Positions 1 through 30,394 of a DNA stretch of 64,000 bases are shown piece after piece. This DNA is from Hormiphora californensis (Eukaryota; Animalia; Ctenophora): the NCBI GenBank assembly GCA_020137815.1, contig CM035356.1, forward strand, positions 4,464,001-4,528,000. The letters run 5' to 3'. Numbering within the stretch: the first letter of the stretch is position 1; the number at the start of each line of letters is the position of its first letter. Position numbers and translations under genes: made by a program. The notes under the pieces were generated by a model, which saw only the letters and a program-made list of their open reading frames with translations, was not told where the DNA came from and ran no database searches.

Positions 1-906
1 CTGTATATCAAGTCTCTAGACGATGTTTCCTACACTACTAGATCCAATAGGGATATCATTGACAACACTGACTTTACTACTTTATGCTGTACTGTCAAAC
101 CTTCTAGTGCTGTTTTCCGGAATAGCTATTTCTATCGTTCTTTCTCCTATTGGAACTCTCTTCCTTTATCTATCAGACAGTCACCCACTTTTCCCACATT
201 TTGTCATCGGCTCAAGTTACACTTGTTTAATTCTATCTCTATCCCTAGCCCCTTCCCGTAACCGTGGTTTTCAGCGTATCTGTTGCCCTCTTCCAGCAGC
301 GGTCATCGGCGGTGGATTCACCTTCTTCTCCCCTCCCTTCTCCTAGCTAGCAGCCCCTCTACATTTATAAAGCAGTGTGGTGGTGCTTGAGCAAGATGGC
401 CTTAACTATAAACACTCTTGTATCTGGACTGTATTATAATTTATCTATTACTTGACTAGGTCCCTAACTAGATATTGTCTACTCCTACTTGAGTGGCTTC
501 TCTTTTACTTGACAGTTTTATGTCGTTGTTCTCGTAACTTATTAACTTGTTGTATTTTGTTTGTGTGTGCTGTGTGTGTTGTGAGTATGTGTGTTGTGAG
601 TATGTGTGTTGTGAGTGTGTGAGTGTGTGAGATGTATCCATTTGATTTGTGAACCTATATGTTTTTTCTTTTTTCGGCTTAGTATTTAAATCTAACCTTC
701 CTATTTAGATATCTAATAATTTTACTTTAGTCGTGTGTCTAATTTTAGCTTCTATTTTTAGTAAGAATTATTATGAGTAAGAGCGTTTTGGGTGCCACCT
801 GTAATTGTGGCTAAGCTGCGTTGGTGGAGCCCGTGGACGATGATATTTAACGTTTTATTTATATTGTTTGTATACCAGTTCTAAATGTTTTCCCGATAAA
901 AAAAAT
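1..906 (+). mobile_element. 3' end of a CR1/L2-type non-LTR retrotransposon (ORF2 C-terminus 1..261, 3' UTR, short A tail)
   Basis: Frame 1 reads ...FRNSYFYRSFSYWNSLPLSIRQSPTFPTFCHRLKLHLF...* (stop 259-261), the typical WNxLP...LK C-terminus of CR1/L2 ORF2. A-run at about 898-906. Confidence 0.7.
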
Positions 907-1160
907 ATCTGATCTCTAACGCACTCAATACCTGCTCGTTTTCTTGTACTAGTCGCTTATCGCGTGTAACAACTCACAATTGTTCTTATCTGTCCCACCC
1001 GTCTTGTCCTATAGAACATCGTACACAAACTACACATCCTAGTGACGCTACAATCTGTCCCACCTCTTAATTGTATTTGATCATTTTTGTTCATCTTGAT
1101 CTCTTATACTGGAAGTGGAAATGGTACACCTCTCATCTGATCACCAAAAACATCACGGTA

Positions 1161-2797
1161 CACGGTGCACCAGAAGGATCGTCAACCCAAAAGTGAGCCC
1201 GCAAAACAAACTTTTGTTGGGGGTGACCCAGGAGGCCTTCCTGAACATCCCCACGGTGAGAAAAGTATATGTTATCGGGGGAAATTTTTGTTAAAATCGA
1301 AAAAACTGGTTTTTGGTCCAAATTTGTGCATAACTTACTTGACTGCCGTTTGATGAAATATCTGATTGACATAAAATAAGTATACAAGACCTATTTTTGC
1401 ACGAGGAATCGATTGCCGGTGGAGAGAAATCTCTAAAATGACCGGAAAATTGTCAAATATGGGAATTTTGTCATTTTTTTGAGGTTTTTGGCCCTTTAAC
1501 CATTGAAAACGTTGAGATAGGAAGTTGGCAATAGCGCCAATCGTTAAAATGGTCATTTTTCTACGGGATCCCAAAATTTCATGTATATCCGATTTATGGT
1601 TAGATTTTGGCAAACTATTGAGATGTGCTTACTGAAAAAATGATAACTTGATTTTCTCGTTTTTTGCGATTTTTTAACTTTTGACAGAATTCTGATTGAA
1701 ATGGCCGATCAGAGCCATGCTAAAGTTGTTTATGGGACAATTTTCGACCAAAATCCAAGATTTCATGCAAATCCAATGACAGATCATTGATTTATAGAAA
1801 GTTGAAATAGGCAAAAAAGGCCAATTTTTACCATGAAAATAAAAATTCACACTTTTTCTGGTCAATTTCCGTCAACAACTGGTACCCTACCTATTTTTGC
1901 ACGTAGAATCGATTGCCGGTGGAGTGGATCCTCTTAAATGATTGGAAAGCGGTCGAAATGCCATTTTTTGGAGGCCCAAAAAACCGCCCAAAAATGGCAT
2001 TTCGACCGCTTTCCAATCATTTAAGAGGATCCACTCCACCGGCAATCGATTCTACGTGCAAAAATAGGTAGGGTACCAGTTGTTGACGGAAATTGACCAG
2101 AAAAAGTGTGAATTTTTATTTTCATGGTAAAAATTGGCCTTTTTTGCCTATTTCAACTTTCTATAAATCAATGATCTGTCATTGGATTTGCATGAAATCT
2201 TGGATTTTGGTCGAAAATTGTCCCATAAACAACTTTAGCATGGCTCTGATCGGCCATTTCAATCAGAATTCTGTCAAAAGTTAAAAAATCGCAAAAAACG
2301 AGAAAATCAAGTTATCATTTTTTCAGTAAGCACATCTCAATAGTTTGCCAAAATCTAACCATAAATCGGATATACATGAAATTTTGGGATCCCGTAGAAA
2401 AATGACCATTTTAACGATTGGCGCTATTGCCAACTTCCTATCTCAACGTTTTCAATGGTTAAAGGGCCAAAAACCTCAAAAAAATGACAAAATTCCCATA
2501 TTTGACAATTTTCCGGTCATTTTAGAGATTTCTCTCCACCGGCAATCGATTCCTCGTGCAAAAATAGGTCTTGTATACTTATTTTATGTCAATCAGATAT
2601 TTCATCAAACGGCAGTCAAGTAAGTTATGCACAAATTTGGACCAAAAACCAGTTTTTTCGATTTTAACAAAAATTTCCCCCGATAACATATACTTTTCTC
2701 ACCGTGGGGATGTTCAGGAAGGCCTCCTGGGTCACCCCCAACAAAAGTTTGTTTTGCGGGCTCAACTTTGGGTTGACGATCCTTCTGGTGCACCGTG
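1161..2797. mobile_element. Palindromic (foldback) non-autonomous DNA transposon, Chapaev/CMC-like
   Basis: CACGGTG...CACCGTG termini, 4-bp TSD GGTA, about 810-bp near-perfect inverted arms, centre at about 1970-1988. The mirrored ORF pairs in the track are artefacts of the palindrome. Confidence 0.9.
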
Positions 2798-3867
2798 GGT
2801 ACCAATCATACATCAAAAAGCTGTAAGTTCATCTGTCTGTATTGTCTGTTCATCTATTGTGTACCATTGATAATGATTCCGGAGTAAACCTTACCAATCA
2901 ATAATTTAATTAGAGCTACTATAGACAGACTACCCCAGACCCAAGCTTGAGAAGTGTCCACTCGACGGACCGTCGTCGTAACAAACAAACGAACAGGCCT
3001 ACCTGCACAGCCACCCAAGCTTGAAAATGTGCCCCCTAACTTGTCTTTTTGCTTATTCGCAAGATAACTGCAATGTCCTCACGGGGCGGAGATGCGAAGA
3101 GTGCAACCGACCTTTAACCGTGGGGGCTGCGTAAGTGTCTTGCAAGTACAATGACTGACTGACAATATGAATGCAATGATATCAACTGACCACAACACGA
3201 TGACAGACGCTATGACGAGGTTGCAATGTCGTTCTGCCCTAACGGGCAGAGTTTGGCACGCTATAACCTATCTGTACCACCACCACCACCACCACCCTCT
3301 CCCTCAGACACTGCGAATAGTGGAGGAGACAAGAGACATGAACATGAAACACCCCCTTCTAACACCCTCTCTCTCAGACACTGCGAATAGTGGAGGAGAC
3401 AAGAGACATGAACATGAAACACCCCCTTCTAACACCCTCTCTCTCAGACACTGCGAATAGTGGAGGAGACAAGAGACATGAACATGAAACACCCCCTTCT
3501 AACACCCTCTCCCTCAGACACTGCGAATAGTGGAGGAGACAAGAGACATGAACATGAAACACCCCCTTCTAACACCCTCTCCCTCAGACACTGCGAATAG
3601 TGGAGGAGACGAGAGACATGAACATGAAACACCCCCTTCTAACACCCTCTCCCTCAGACACTGCGAATAGTGGAGGAGACAAGAGACATGAACATGAAAC
3701 ACCCCCTTCTAACACCCTCTCCCTCAGACACTGCGAATAGTGGAGGAGACGAGAGACATGAACATGAAACACCCCCTTCTAACACCCTCTCCCTCAGACA
3801 CTGCGAATAGTGGAGGAGACGAGAGACATGAACATGAAACACCCCCTTCTAACACCCTCTCCCTCAG

Positions 3868-16105
<12,238 letters not shown>

Positions 16106-16128
16106 TAGTGATTTTGTTGGACAGTGAT

Positions 16129-18303
16129 CACGGTGTCCTGGAAGGAGGTTTTACCTCGCCTAGAGTAACCCGAGAAGTTACGGACCCTACCCCACGTATT
16201 TTTTGACGTAGAATCCGAAAAACATAAAATTAAAATCCGGTCATGTGCCGTTTTTGCGTAAAACGGCAAAAACTGTCATTTTCAGCGATTTTCGACTTTT
16301 TACGCTTTCTAGAGTTTTTAAAAATATTTCCTTACAAGATATGATCTTGTGCTTCTAGACTAATGAAATACAATCGATTTGCTACAAATTGGTCCCGGGT
16401 TTGTGTGATTTGGCCAAAAGCTCTCTTTACTGTGGCCCATCAAAGATGGTCACTATGCAAATACGTTTTTGGCTCCTGTGGCCGCAGATGTAAACCAAAA
16501 GAAGATTTATTATACACCAAAATTTGCGTCTTCTCAAGGCAAACAACCTGGTTTTTACGAAATTTGATTTCATGCAGGCGTTCAAAAATTACAGCCGAAA
16601 AACTGGTACAGTGGATTTCGGAAATACCCCTACTTCAACAAACCCTAATCCAGATAAGATTTCGAAAAATATACATATTTATACATGAAGTATGAACGTT
16701 TGTAGACTGGCGCGTTATGAAGTTGGCTGTTCCCAGCGCGAGCTGGGGACAGCCAACTGGAGTTTAATCGCCCGGCAGGGCGATTAAACTGGTTTAAATC
16801 CCGACGCCGATCCCGAGGCGCCAGCCGAGGGTGAGGGGGAGGTGATTTAAACCTATAACGCGATAGGCTAACAAACGTTCATATTTTATGAAACCCGATA
16901 GTAATTACACACAAATAAGAGACACAACACAAGGTTAAACACACTAGGACTGCTGGCAAATAGTCAACAGACACCCTGAAAATGTGTGTAGACTTAGTGT
17001 CTACTGTTCCTAACATGTTTGAGAAAGAGAGAGAAAGATTAGGGGCAATACACACTGTCAGAGGTAGTGAACAGTAAAAGAGACAATGAGAGAGAGAAAT
17101 GAATGGAATGTGATTCTTTTCACTCCTTATGAGAGAGATAACATTGAAACGTGTTGCAGACATGTTTCCCCTTTCTTTTGTTGACAGAACTGTGTGTTTA
17201 CACACATTTTCAATACTTAGAATTTTACACGCATGTTATTCAAATGAAGAGAAACGCGTGAAAAAGGGCACTGGCCTGATAAATCGCGAGCAGGGTGTTA
17301 AATCCCCCAGGTAGCAGTTATCATGAGCGCGCAAAATCTTCAAACGACTGATAAATCAACTATCGGGTTTCATATGAAAATGAAGCTCAGACAAATGCCA
17401 ACGTGATGCAAAAAACGGGAAGTATGTAACTTATTTCGTTTAGAAGCTATAGCCAAAATAAAAGTGCTTATATTTGCCTTGAAAACACCCTCTAAAAACC
17501 ATACTTTTAGACAATTTCTGACAATTTCAAACAAATTCTGTCCACAGGGGGCTAAGTTGGTGCACTGGAGGTGACATTTTATTCGTATTGCATTTTTAGA
17601 CAGATTTGCTATTTTTCAGGGTTTTTAGAGGGTGTTTTCAAGTCAAATATAAGCACTTTTATTTTGGCTATAGCTTCTAAACGAAATAAGTTACATACTT
17701 CCCGTTTTTTGCATCACGGTGGCATTTGTCTGAGCTTCATTTTCATGTATAAATATATATATTTTTCGAAATCTTATCTGGATTAGGGTTTGTTGAAGTA
17801 GGGGTATTTCCAGAATCCACTGTACCAGTTTTTCGGCTGTAATTTTTGAACGCCTGCACGAAATCAAATTTCGTAAAAACCAGGTTGTTTGCCTTGAGAA
17901 GACGCAAATTTTGGTGTATAATAAATCTTCTTTTGGTTTACATCTGCGGCCACAGGAGCCAAAAACGTATTTGCATAGTGACCATCTTTGATGGGCCACA
18001 GTAAAGAGAGCTTTTGGCCAAATCACACAAACCCGGGACCAATTTGTAGCAAATCGATTGTATTTCATTAGTCTAGAAGCACAAGATCATATCTTGTAAG
18101 GAAATATTTTTAAAAACTCTAGAAAGCGTAAAAAGTCGAAAATCGCTGAAAAATGACAGTTTTTGCCGTTTTACGCAAAAACGGCACATGACCGGATTTT
18201 AATTTTATGTTTTTCGGATTCTACGTCAAAAAATACGTGGGGTAGGGTCCGTAACTTCTCGGGTTACTCTAGGCGAGGTAAAACCTCCTTCCAGGACACC
18301 GTG
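16129..18303. mobile_element. Palindromic Chapaev/CMC-like non-autonomous element about 24 nt after the USP24 stop
   Basis: CACGGTG...CACCGTG termini, TSD TGAT, about 690-bp inverted arms; the left arm is interrupted at 16690-17378. Confidence 0.9.
16690..17378. mobile_element. Nested hairpin-rich element, Crypton-like (tentative)
   Basis: Absent from the mirror arm and bounded by an ATGAA direct repeat. Two adjacent inverted-repeat pairs (ATGAACGTTTGT...ACAAACGTTCAT; ATGAAACCCGATAGT...ACTATCGGGTTTCAT) and internal GC-rich hairpins. Confidence 0.6.
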
Positions 18304-18377
18304 TGATGTGTTGTTACTCAACAAGTAGTGTTGGTTGAGTGGTGTTATAGAACTCTTGTTTGTTGGAAAGTGAGGTA

Positions 18378-20131
18378 TGGTACTATTGAGTAACCCAACA
18401 AGTGATGTGGTACTATTGAGTGGTACTATTGAGTGGTACTATTGGGTGGTACTATTGAGTGGTACTATTGGGTGGTACTATTGAGTGGTACTATTGAGTG
18501 GTACTATTGAGTGGTACTATTGGGTGGTACTATTGGGTGGTACTATTGAGTGGTACTATTGAGTGGTACTATTGAGTGTTACTATTGGGTGGTACTATTG
18601 GGTGGTACTATTGAGTGGTACTATTGGGTGGTACTATTGAGTGGTACTATTGAATGGTACTATTGAGTGGTACTATTGAGTGGTACTATTGGGTGGTACT
18701 ATTGAGTGGTACTATTGAATGGTACTATTGGGTGGTACTATTGCGTGGTACTATTGAGTGGTACTATTGAGTGGTACTATTGAGTGGTACTATTGGGTGG
18801 TACTATTGAGTGGTACTATTGAGTGGTACTATTGAGTGGTACTATTGGGTGGTACTATTGAGTGGTACTATTGAGTGGTACTATTGAGTGGTACTATTGG
18901 GTGGTACTATTGGGTGGTACTATTGAGTGGTACTATTGAGTGGTACTATTGAGTGGTACTATTGAGTGGTACTATTGAGTGGTACTATTGAGTGGTACTA
19001 TTGAGTGGTACTATTGGGTGGTACTATTGAGTGGTACTATTGAGTGGTACTATTGGGTGGTACTATTGAGTGGTACTATTGAGTGGTACTATTGGGTGGT
19101 ACTATTGAGTGGTACTATTGGGTGGTACTATTGGGTGGTACTATTGGGTGGTACTATTGGGTGGTACTATTGAGTGGTACTATTGGGTGGTACTATTGAG
19201 TGGTACTATTGGGTGGTACTATTGAGTGGTACTATTGAGTGGTACTATTGAGTGGTACTATTGAGGTGGTACTATTGAGTGGTACTATTGGTGGTACTAT
19301 TGAGTGGTACTATTGAGTGGTACTATTGGGTGGTACTATTGAGTGGTACTATTGAGTGGTACTATTGAGTGGTACTATTGGGTGGTACTATTGAGTGGTA
19401 CTATTGGGTGGTACTATTGAGTGGTACTATTGAGTGGTACTATTGGGTGGTACTATTGGGTGGTACTATTGCGTGGTACTATTGAGTGGTACTATTGAGT
19501 GGTACTATTGGGTGGTACTATTGAGTGGTACTATTGGGTGGTACTATTGGGTGGTACTATTGGGTGGTACTATTGAGTGGACAGTGGTACTATTGAGTGG
19601 TACTATTGGGTGGTACTATTGGGTGGTACTATTGAGTGGTACTATTGAGTGGTACTATTGGGTGGTACTATTGGGTGGTACTATTGAGTGGTACTATTGG
19701 GTGGTACTATTGGGTGGTACTATTGAGTGGCACTGTTGGGTGGTACTATTGAGTGGTACTATTGAGTGGTACTATTGAGTGGTACTATTGGGTGGTACTA
19801 TTGAGTGGTACTATTGGGTGGTACTATTGAGTGGTACTATTGAATGGTACTATTGGGTGGTACTATTGAGTGGTACTATTGAGTGGTACTATTGGGTGGT
19901 ACTATTTAGTGGTACTATTGAGTGGTACTATTGGGTGGTACTATTGGGTGGTACTATTGGGTGGTACTATTGGGTGGTACTATTGAGTGGTACTATTGGG
20001 TGGTACTATTGAGTGGTACTATTGGATGGTACTATTGGGTGGTACTATTGGGTGGTACTATTGAGTGGTACTATTGAGTGGTACTATTGAGTGGTACTAT
20101 TGGGTGGTACTATTGAGTGGTACTATTGGGT
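18378..20131. repeat. 13-bp minisatellite (G[A/G]GTGGTACTATT), about 135 copies
   Basis: Direct inspection; lies between the convergent 3' ends of USP24 and the C19orf47-like gene. Confidence 0.97.
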
Positions 20132-20240
20132 AACTTGTCAGAGTTGTGTGTTTAGTTTTTTACCGGTACATAATGTGCGTTTTTGGAAGGCGGGCGAGTA
20201 GTGTGAGAGAAACTAAAGCGGAGAATAAAATACTGATATA

Positions 20241-20337
<97 letters not shown>

Positions 20338-20819
20338 CCATACCATTTCATTTTACTTGTTATGTACCATTACAGTAGCGTGTTTAAGAGAGAAGAGATC
20401 CCGCTACTAGAAATCTAGCAGTAATGGCCGTGTTTTTGTGTTTAGGGCTGATATACTCGATAATATTAGAGTTTTTAACTTTTTACCGTACATAACCATA
20501 ACCCATTTCAATTGTACAATGTACAGATATCACCCCCATCTCTGTCCCTCTTTAGTCTCTAGCCTCTCCCTCCTATTACTCGACTGGGCTCGGACGAATT
20601 ACCAGCCCACTCAAACTCTTCTATCTCTATTAAGGGTGATATCTGTATACAAGGTGGGAAAGGCAAATAATTAATAATGTCGAACTTTAAATAAACTGTA
20701 AACAGAGAGAGAAACCCGGGGAGAAATAAATAAAATACACAGCGTCTATCATGATACAGCATCTTAACGTAGGGTCCAGGTACAATCTGGAGACGACCTC
20801 TATCTCAGAAAGAGTTCCC

Positions 20820-26369
<5,550 letters not shown>

Positions 26370-26820
26370 TACTGGTAGTTAGGAAGATTTGCTGGAGGTT
26401 ATTAGATATTCTTGCTGAGCTACATTCCTATAGGATGTCAATTGAAAAAAATTAGAATACTAAGTGTCAATAAAAAATACAATGTGGTTCATTTTGTTAA
26501 AGAATATCGTTTATAAAAGTTCTAATTCAATATAAAAATTATCTGTACATTAAAAATGTTTATATATTATCTGCTCAACAGATCAAAATCAAACAAACAA
26601 ACAAACAAACAAACAAACAAACAAACAAACAAACAAACAAACAAACAAACAAACAAACAAACAAACAAACAAACAAACAAACAAACAAACAAACAAACAA
26701 ACAAACAAACAAAAAACAAACAAACAAACAAACAAACAAACAAACAAAAAAACAAACAAACAAACAAAAGAACATGCCCAACTAGATGTAACACTAGATG
26801 ATGTAACACTAAATGTAACA

Positions 26821-28363
26821 CTAGTTATGGTAAAAGTAGCTAAGATACGCGGCTTCGCACAGTTGTAACGCAGTTGTAACCTCTTGATAAGTACTAGTAT
26901 AAAAGGAAACAAAGACCCCATCAACTTTCAGCCACCAATGACATGTTTCCCCTCCCTCCTGGGGGTAGAAGCACGGTGTACCCTCAACCAGGTGGAGTAC
27001 TAAAGTGTTGCTATGGCAACCACCGCCTACTTTAGGGAGATGTACAGGTAAACCAAGACTCAACACTGTTCTATCATGGTCAGTTAGTTTAACTGCATTA
27101 TCAAGGAAACCTCCAGTAAATCTCATGGCTAGGGCCTGTTGCTGGTTGATGCTTCCCGTCGTTGTAATGAGAGACTGACAGACGTCTCTCATGTAGCCCT
27201 TACTGACCCTCCTAGATATTTCATCAAGTGAGAAGTTACACCTAGGTTGCTCCTTCCTCTTTGTGACAGCCGTCCATTTGATCATCATCTCCAGCCAGAC
27301 GACAGGCCTGTAGAAGGACTGCAACTGCATCATCACATCACCCTTGGATAACAACATTGCCTCCTGCTGGGGGTGAGGTCTCACCTCATCTGGCCACTGG
27401 GAGGGTGCCAGCCGGTGCCGCTGGTATTCAACCAGGGACATTTGGAACCGGAACACTCCCTCTGACAGACCATGATCTCCCATCCTCTTCATTACCATGG
27501 GCCAGAACACACTAACGAAGTAGTCACTATGGGCTATAACACCGATAAGGGAGGATTGATTGCGGAGGATAATTGTGGCTATGTTACTAGCCCGTGCCAG
27601 GGTGTCCACGTTAGGTCCGATCATGCCCATCGTCCACCATATAAACTGATCATCCAGGAGGAACCTTAAGCAGATCTAGATCTTCAAACCCGGCCCTACA
27701 GATCTCATCCTCACTATTATCAGCCTCGTCCGTGGGTAACAGTGCGCTCTGGCTGAATTTCAGTCTGGCTATTTTCCGTAATTTCAGGGCCTTTGGGTTA
27801 CAAATCAGCGCCAACTTAGACCACCTCCAAAGTGTGAGGAAAGAGATAGATTTAGTTTTAGATGACGCCCATTTCACAAGAAACTCATAGAAACGAGCGA
27901 TCCTCAGCAGGAGGGAGAACTTTAGAAAGAATGGGAACCGCTCCTCATCAACCCTCACCTCATTGCCCTCCAAGACTCGCAAACACGCTGTCAGCATTGG
28001 ACCTTCTGAGGGTGCAAAACATCTGGAAACCCTCGTTACCTCCTCTTGTGATGCTGAACTGTGTTTTAGAAACGTTGCCCTGGCAATGGAATACCTGGTT
28101 TCATTATTGTCACCATGGTTACCATCACCATGGTTACCATCACCATGGTTACCATCACTGTCCTCCTTGGCGTCAGTAAAGAACTCAACCCTCTCCCCGT
28201 CCAAATCAGGTATCTCGTGGTGGGGATCTTGTAACAGGATTGTATCCAGCACCTCTTCTACTTCACCCTCTGTAGGGGAATCAGGTCGGTCTACGTAGAT
28301 GAAATTGTCATTACTTTGCCTGCTATACGCTTCCAGTTCGAAGGGGCTACTATTTCCTGACAT
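26821..28363 (-). CDS. Uncharacterised about 510-aa protein, split by an apparent +1 frameshift at about 27665; weak BTB-like segment
   Basis: ORFs 27650-28363 and 26821-27630 join as ...LDLLK/FLLDDQFIWWTMGMIGP if one base is removed. Acceptor ...ccatatag lies 4 nt before the ATG. Confidence 0.6.
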
Positions 28364-29063
28364 GAATCTATATGGAGAGGGAGGGTGGTTAGAAAGGAGG
28401 GATTTAGGGTGGTTACTGGTTGGGGAGAGGGAGGAGGGGGAGAGGGAGGGTGGTTACTAGACACTGGTTAGGGAGAGGGAGGGTGGTTACTAGACACTGG
28501 TTAGGGAGAGGGAGGGTGGTTACTAGACACTGGTTAGAAAGGAGGGATTGAGGGTGGTTACTGGTTAGGGAGAGGGAGGGTGGTTACTAGACACTGGTTA
28601 GGGAGAGGGAGGGTGGTTACTGGTTAGGGAGAGGGAGGGTGGTTACTAGACACTGGCTAGGGAGAGAGGGAAGAGGTAGAGGGAGGGAGGTGGTTACTAG
28701 TTAGGGAGAGATGGAGGAAGGGAGGGCCAGGGAGTGGGTATATGGAGGACAGGAGGGAGGGGAAAGGAAGGAAAGAGGGAGTGATGGAGGGGAGGGACTC
28801 CGGACTAGGGTCTAGGGAGGGAGGGGAAAGGAAGGAATGAGGGAGTGATGGAGGGGAGGGACTGGAAGGATTAGAGAGGGGGGGGGGGAACATTGAACAC
28901 GACAAAATCATCCCAAGAATTGAATGCACAAATCAATTTACAACAGCAGTTAAGTAAAACATCAATCAATTTTTTCTAAAATTTAACTGACTTATATAAT
29001 ATGCCAGAAAAACCCTTTTCGACAGTGACATAATTCAGAATTATTTTAGTCCCTCTAAATCAG

Positions 29064-30062
29064 TTAGTCAAATGGGTTTTCAGTCCAAAGTTCATCGTAA
29101 ATACTTCTCATTACCCTGCGAAGGAAGAGTGCAGAGATGAGCCCAGCTAGTAGGTATATGAGAAACAAAGTACAGAAACCTCCTCCTCCTGAGGCCCCCT
29201 GGACAGCTGCTGTACCCCCTGTGACTGGTGTTGTGATCTGACCGGCCGGTACTCCATTCTGAGCCTCCGGTACTCCATTTTGAGCCTCTGGCACTGTGTC
29301 CTGGGCCGCTGGTGGGGTTACAGCTTCATTTGAGGGCGGAGGAGGTTGTTCTTGTTGTTGTGGGCTATCGGAGGTGTCATTATTTGCAGCAGGTTCTGTA
29401 GGGGATGATGATTCTGATTTCGTATCATTAGTTGATTTCGTATCAGTAGAACTTGATTTCTTATCAGTCAATGTAGATGTAGAGGATTCTGTTGGTGATT
29501 TCTTATCGGCAGCAAACTTTAACTCGGCAGCATACTTCTCACTTTCCTCTCTGATCGTATCCGACCCACTAGAGGTCTGAACAGGGAGTAGGGTCTCTGA
29601 ATTAACCCTACCACACACACTGCAACTCCATTTAGGAGAGCTACCAGCCAACTTCTTCCTCTCTCCCTCCGTCCAATCTAGTGCCCCAATTGCTCCATTC
29701 CCCGGGGTCGGCATGAACCCAATCAGAGCCAGTAGGACCGTCCTGATACTCCAACTTGGCTGCCAGGTCTCAGGATGGAAATCTGAGATACTCAGACAAA
29801 TCTTCCTGTTCAACTCGAACCTACCATTAGGAGTTAGGAGTATGACACTAGGAGGTTTTAGTGGGTAGTTAGGAGGGAATAAGATCCTGCCGTGGTAGAG
29901 GCCACCTTGGAAGCAGGTGCCGTGTTGACCTCTCACTGTGAAGTGCCATTCAAAGAGGTTATCATCTAGTGGTGCTGCATGGTAATGCTCTGTGGGTTCT
30001 GCTAGCTCAGCCGCCTCCCTCATCAACCTCTTTACCCCAGGACACTTGGTGTTCAATGCCAT
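29064..30062 (-). CDS. UBE2J1: Ubiquitin-conjugating enzyme E2 J1 (tail-anchored ERAD E2), intronless CDS
   Basis: VKRLMREAAEL...PLDDNLFEWHFTVRG...TPNGRFELNRKICLSISDFHPETWQPSWSIRT plus a C-terminal TM helix; ATG at 30062. Confidence 0.95.
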   Translation of the reverse strand: MALNTKCPGVKRLMREAAELAEPTEHYHAAPLDDNLFEWHFTVRGQHGTCFQGGLYHGRILFPPNYPLKPPSVILLTPNGRFELNRKICLSISDFHPETWQPSWSIRTVLLALIGFMPTPGNGAIGALDWTEGERKKLAGSSPKWSCSVCGRVNSETLLPVQTSSGSDTIREESEKYAAELKFAADKKSPTESSTSTLTDKKSSSTDTKSTNDTKSESSSPTEPAANNDTSDSPQQQEQPPPPSNEAVTPPAAQDTVPEAQNGVPEAQNGVPAGQITTPVTGGTAAVQGASGGGGFCTLFLIYLLAGLISALFLRRVMRSIYDELWTENPFD

Positions 30063-30394
30063 GATTTTGGGCACCTAAATTACAGAGGAAGCAGTTAGAA
30101 TGGGATGTACCGGATGTTTGGCACCTAAAATACAGAGGTTAGATTGAATATGAATTGAATATGAAGATATGAAACTCAAGTGGGAATGGGGGCAAACGCC
30201 AAACAGTCAAACAGCAGTTGTAATAAATTAAAATCGCAGTGAAATTTACAATCAAATACATCGCTAAAAACTCGTAAAAAGGAATATAAAAACCACAAGT
30301 AGAAAAGCTAAAAAACTACCATCACATTTACATCACTGATCACAACAAAAGGTGGATGGTGTTAGAGTCACAAAATTATTAGGTGTTACAATCA

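Noticed and set aside
1161-2797. RAG/Transib assignment from the heptamer-like termini
   Set aside because: TSDs are 4 bp in all three elements, and there is no nonamer or transposase in the window.
1133-2870. Mirror-image ORF pairs (also 16363/17691 and 38465/39345)
   Set aside because: Products of palindromic elements; no recognisable protein motifs.
3064-3134. Possible laminin-EGF-like mini-exon (NCNVLTGRRCEECNRP, followed by GTAAGT)
   Set aside because: Too short, weak acceptor, and no fit to the USP24 frame or neighbouring exons.
18979-20012. WYYWVVLLSGTIE repeat ORFs
   Set aside because: Translation of a 13-bp satellite with frequent stops and indels.
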